Shown: positions 61,958-64,000 of the stretch, in pieces
How positions within the stretch are numbered: the stretch's first letter is position 1
How the letters are laid out: every line of letters begins with the position of its first letter
DNA from: Candidatus Saccharimonadia bacterium
GTDB taxonomy: Bacteria; Patescibacteriota; Saccharimonadia; Saccharimonadales; JALRHH01
NCBI GenBank assembly: GCA_023253175.1
Contig: JALRHH010000001.1
Span: 364,020 to 428,019 of the forward strand
Length of the DNA stretch: 64,000 nucleotides
Reading direction: 5' to 3'
The notes under the pieces: model-generated
Told to the model about the DNA's origin: nothing
Databases searched by the model: none
What the model saw: only the letters and a program-made list of their open reading frames with translations
Position numbers and translations under genes: made by a program

Positions 61958-62842
61958 CTATATTTTTATTTTCACTGCGACTCGAAGTTTTGCACTTCTT
62001 GCACGCGGATTGAAAACAATTTCGTCTGCCCCGCCCGTAATAGGTTGCTTTGTGAGCAGCCTTAGGACGGCGTCGTAGCGATTACCAGATTGTGAGGCAT
62101 AGTACTGTTTAACTATACGATCTTCCAGGCTATGAAAACTGATAACCGCAATTCGCCCTCCCGGAGCCAGTAAATCCGTCCAGATTGGCAAACTCTGTTC
62201 TAGGAGTCCTAGTTCATTGTTTACTTCTATTCGGATAGCTTGGAACGTCCGTGTAGCTGGGTGGACCTTACTGTACCCCGGCCAAGCATGGGCGACGATT
62301 TTCGCTAGTTCATGAGTTGTCGCAATAGGTCTGTGTTCTACTATCAGCTGTGCTATTTTATTCGCACGCGGCTCTTCACCATACACACGTATGATTCTAC
62401 GTAGCCTGTCCACGTCATAGTTATTCACTACATCCGCGGCTGTCAGCTCCTGCGTTTCATCCATGCGCATATCAAGCTTTGCATCAAACTTAATGCTAAA
62501 CCCACGACTCGCGTTATCAAGGTGCGGTGACGATACGCCCAAATCCGCCAAAATAATATCGAACTGCTTGCCCTGGCTTAAAAGCTCCTGGCTTGCGCTC
62601 AGAAAATCTTTATGGATTACCTGAACGCCACTTCCATCGAACTTTTGACCAAGGTGCAAAATTGCGTTTTGATCGCGATCGACAAGAGTTGTGTTGTGAG
62701 GCTTCAAGGTACGATCCAATATCTTTTCGGCGTGTCCACCGTATCCTGCCGTCAAGTCGAGGTAAGATTCCCCTTCTTTTGGGTCAAGATACTGCAGAAC
62801 TTCGTCAAGAAGCACTGGATAATGTTTTGTGTAATCATTCAT
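61958..62842 (-). CDS. rsmH: 16S rRNA (cytosine1402-N4)-methyltransferase
   Basis: HYPVLLDEVLQYL, DLTAGYGGH, ADLGVSSPHLD, SFHSLEDRIVK. Confidence 0.95.
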   Translation of the reverse strand: MNDYTKHYPVLLDEVLQYLDPKEGESYLDLTAGYGGHAEKILDRTLKPHNTTLVDRDQNAILHLGQKFDGSGVQVIHKDFLSASQELLSQGKQFDIILADLGVSSPHLDNASRGFSIKFDAKLDMRMDETQELTAADVVNNYDVDRLRRIIRVYGEEPRANKIAQLIVEHRPIATTHELAKIVAHAWPGYSKVHPATRTFQAIRIEVNNELGLLEQSLPIWTDLLAPGGRIAVISFHSLEDRIVKQYYASQSGNRYDAVLRLLTKQPITGGADEIVFNPRARSAKLRVAVKIKI

Positions 62843-63248
62843 TGCTGAATATATATTACCGTGTTTTTTATTTTGGTTTTGATTTTGGTGTATTTTTTCT
62901 TGTTTTTGTTTTTTACAAGGTCACCTATCCAGCAGCCAACTATTTGTTTTTTGGGTTGTTTTTGTTTTTGTGTGCGTTATATCACGGTGATATATCGCGG
63001 TTTACCTATATCCGGTATGTGAGAGTAGCCTAGGGAATATATTCCAAAGGGTTGCCTTCACTGGTTATAGGCTAAGTGTTGAGAGACTTATGTGAGGTGG
63101 AGTTTTGGGAGGTGTTTTGAGAAAGGTGCTAGGGTTTTTTATATGGTTGCCCTCTGTCCATATGTTGACTGCCGGATAGCTGACCTCGAGTCATGATTTC
63201 CGGTTTAGCTGCTATAAACTCAAATTGTTAAGGTACAGTTAACAGGAC

Positions 63249-63611
63249 TTACTGCTTCGCCATAAGGCGCCAGTATCGTCCAACACCAACAGCTACGATA
63301 TCGCGCTCAATCCCTGCGTAATCCAGTAGGTGCTGTTCAAGCGTAATCCTACCTTGCTTACCGTCGAGTTGCCCCTGCAGCTTGCCCATACGAAACTGTA
63401 CGTTCAGATCTGCGATGCGCTCGTCGAGGATGTCGCCGTCAAGTCTTGGTTCTACCAACTGATCCCATACTGATTTTGGGTATAGGTGAAGGTATGTGCC
63501 AAAACCTCTGGTAATAACTACTCCATTTTCGAACTCGGCTCGAAGCTCGGGTGGTATTGTTAACCGCCGCTTGTCATCAAGCTTTCGTTCAAAGTAGTCT
63601 ACCGTGGCCAT
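63249..63611 (-). CDS. mraZ: Transcriptional regulator MraZ (short form)
   Basis: Two SpoVT/AbrB-like repeats (LDDKRRLTIPPELR and LDGKQGRITLEQHL), first gene of the dcw cluster. Confidence 0.85.
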   Translation of the reverse strand: MATVDYFERKLDDKRRLTIPPELRAEFENGVVITRGFGTYLHLYPKSVWDQLVEPRLDGDILDERIADLNVQFRMGKLQGQLDGKQGRITLEQHLLDYAGIERDIVAVGVGRYWRLMAKQ

Positions 63612-63672
63612 TGGTACCCTGTTTATTAAATTAGTGGTTTTTGTTTTTTCTTTCGGTAACCTATTTTGGATT

Positions 63673-63719
63673 ACCTACGATTACCCACTGACAGTAGTCT
63701 ACTACCCACAAACACCCAC
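63673..63719 (-). promoter_or_regulatory. Candidate MraZ operator: phased GTGGGT/GTAGGT repeats upstream of mraZ
   Basis: Plus-strand ACC(C/T)AC at 63673, 63683, 63704 and 63714, spaced 10, 21 and 10 bp apart. Confidence 0.5.
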
Positions 63720-63795
63720 ATGCAATAGTATTTTTACAGAAAATAGGGATACTTATCCACAGAGCTGCCTAACACGCTACATCTAGCCACAAATT

Positions 63796-63824
63796 AAAAA
63801 TACCGGCACTAGGACCGGTATTTT
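63796..63824. terminator. Bidirectional rho-independent terminator
   Basis: AATACCGG (63799-63806) pairs with CCGGTATT (63815-63822), flanked by an A-run and a T-run. Confidence 0.75.
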
Positions 63825-63841
63825 CTTAAGTAAGTATCTAC

Positions 63842-64000
63842 TTACTGACGAGGTTCTTCCGGAGCGTACTGACGCTCGGCCTCTTCTGAAACGTATTCAT
63901 CAGGAAGAACAAATAGCTCGCCCGCGTCTACGCCTGGATAACCCTGACTATCTGCTTGCTCAGAAATCTTATATGCTACCTTACGGAGGTCAGCATCTTT
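63842..64000 (-). CDS. C-terminal end of an unidentified protein (5' part outside the window)
   Basis: My own translation gives ...KDADLRKVAYKISEQADSQGYPGVDAGELFVLPDEYVSEEAERQYAPEEPRQ*. The stop lies at 63842-63844 and a terminator follows. Confidence 0.5.
   Translation of the reverse strand, partial: KDADLRKVAYKISEQADSQGYPGVDAGELFVLPDEYVSEEAERQYAPEEPRQ

Noticed and set aside
45182-63761. DnaA-box-like 9-mers (TGTGGATAA at 45182-45190, TTTTCCACA at 52034-52042 and 54926-54934, TTATCCACA at 63753-63761) as evidence of an origin of replication
   Set aside because: They are single, widely scattered sites. There is no cluster, no adjacent dnaA or dnaN, and no AT-rich unwinding element next to a box cluster.
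1-64000. CRISPR arrays, rRNA genes, transposases or integrases, retron or DGR reverse transcriptases, and known multi-gene defence systems
   Set aside because: I scanned the ORF track and the intergenic regions. I found no regularly spaced direct repeats, no rRNA signature sequences, and no recombinase, RT, Cas or other defence-type domains. The only nuclease-type candidate is the single Mrr-like gene.

Overview
This 64-kb window is gene-dense and reads like a small Patescibacteria/CPR genome, probably Saccharibacteria-like. That placement is an inference from gene content only. The supporting content is a reduced dcw cluster (mraZ-rsmH-ftsL-ftsI-mraY-ftsW-murG-ftsQ), a sortase plus an LPXTG surface protein, PEGA and DUF3048 proteins, an orphan T4SS coupling-protein-like ATPase, and several Lys-rich protein tails.

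I support about 65 protein genes. Housekeeping calls include rlmH, pyrH, xth, gltX, der, pth, dprA, topA, umuDC-like genes, topoisomerase IB and a MacB-type ABC pair. There are three two-component systems and three tRNAs: Ser-GGA, Leu-CAA and Glu-CTC.

The non-coding fraction is the most unusual part:
1. A complete type III hammerhead ribozyme lies at 51965-52022.
2. A family of four ~105-115-nt structured repeats shows compensatory base changes. Two copies sit inside decayed class II tRNA genes, next to intact tRNAs of the same identity.
3. A ~510-nt GC-rich region closed by long-range helices lies upstream of gltX. It has no plausible ORF and matches no family I recognise.
4. A ~390-nt unit on the minus strand at 46.5-46.9 kb is bounded by a promoter and a terminator and has no ORF.
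5. A ~75-bp promoter/operator-like module is duplicated in front of the tRNA-Leu locus and of ftsI.

At least three short high-GC islands (23.9-24.9, 37.9-38.9 and 48.25-48.8 kb) look horizontally acquired, plausibly from a high-GC donor.

I saw no CRISPR array, rRNA, integrase, transposase or recognisable multi-gene defence system. All family assignments come from motif recognition by eye. No searches or folding programs were run.
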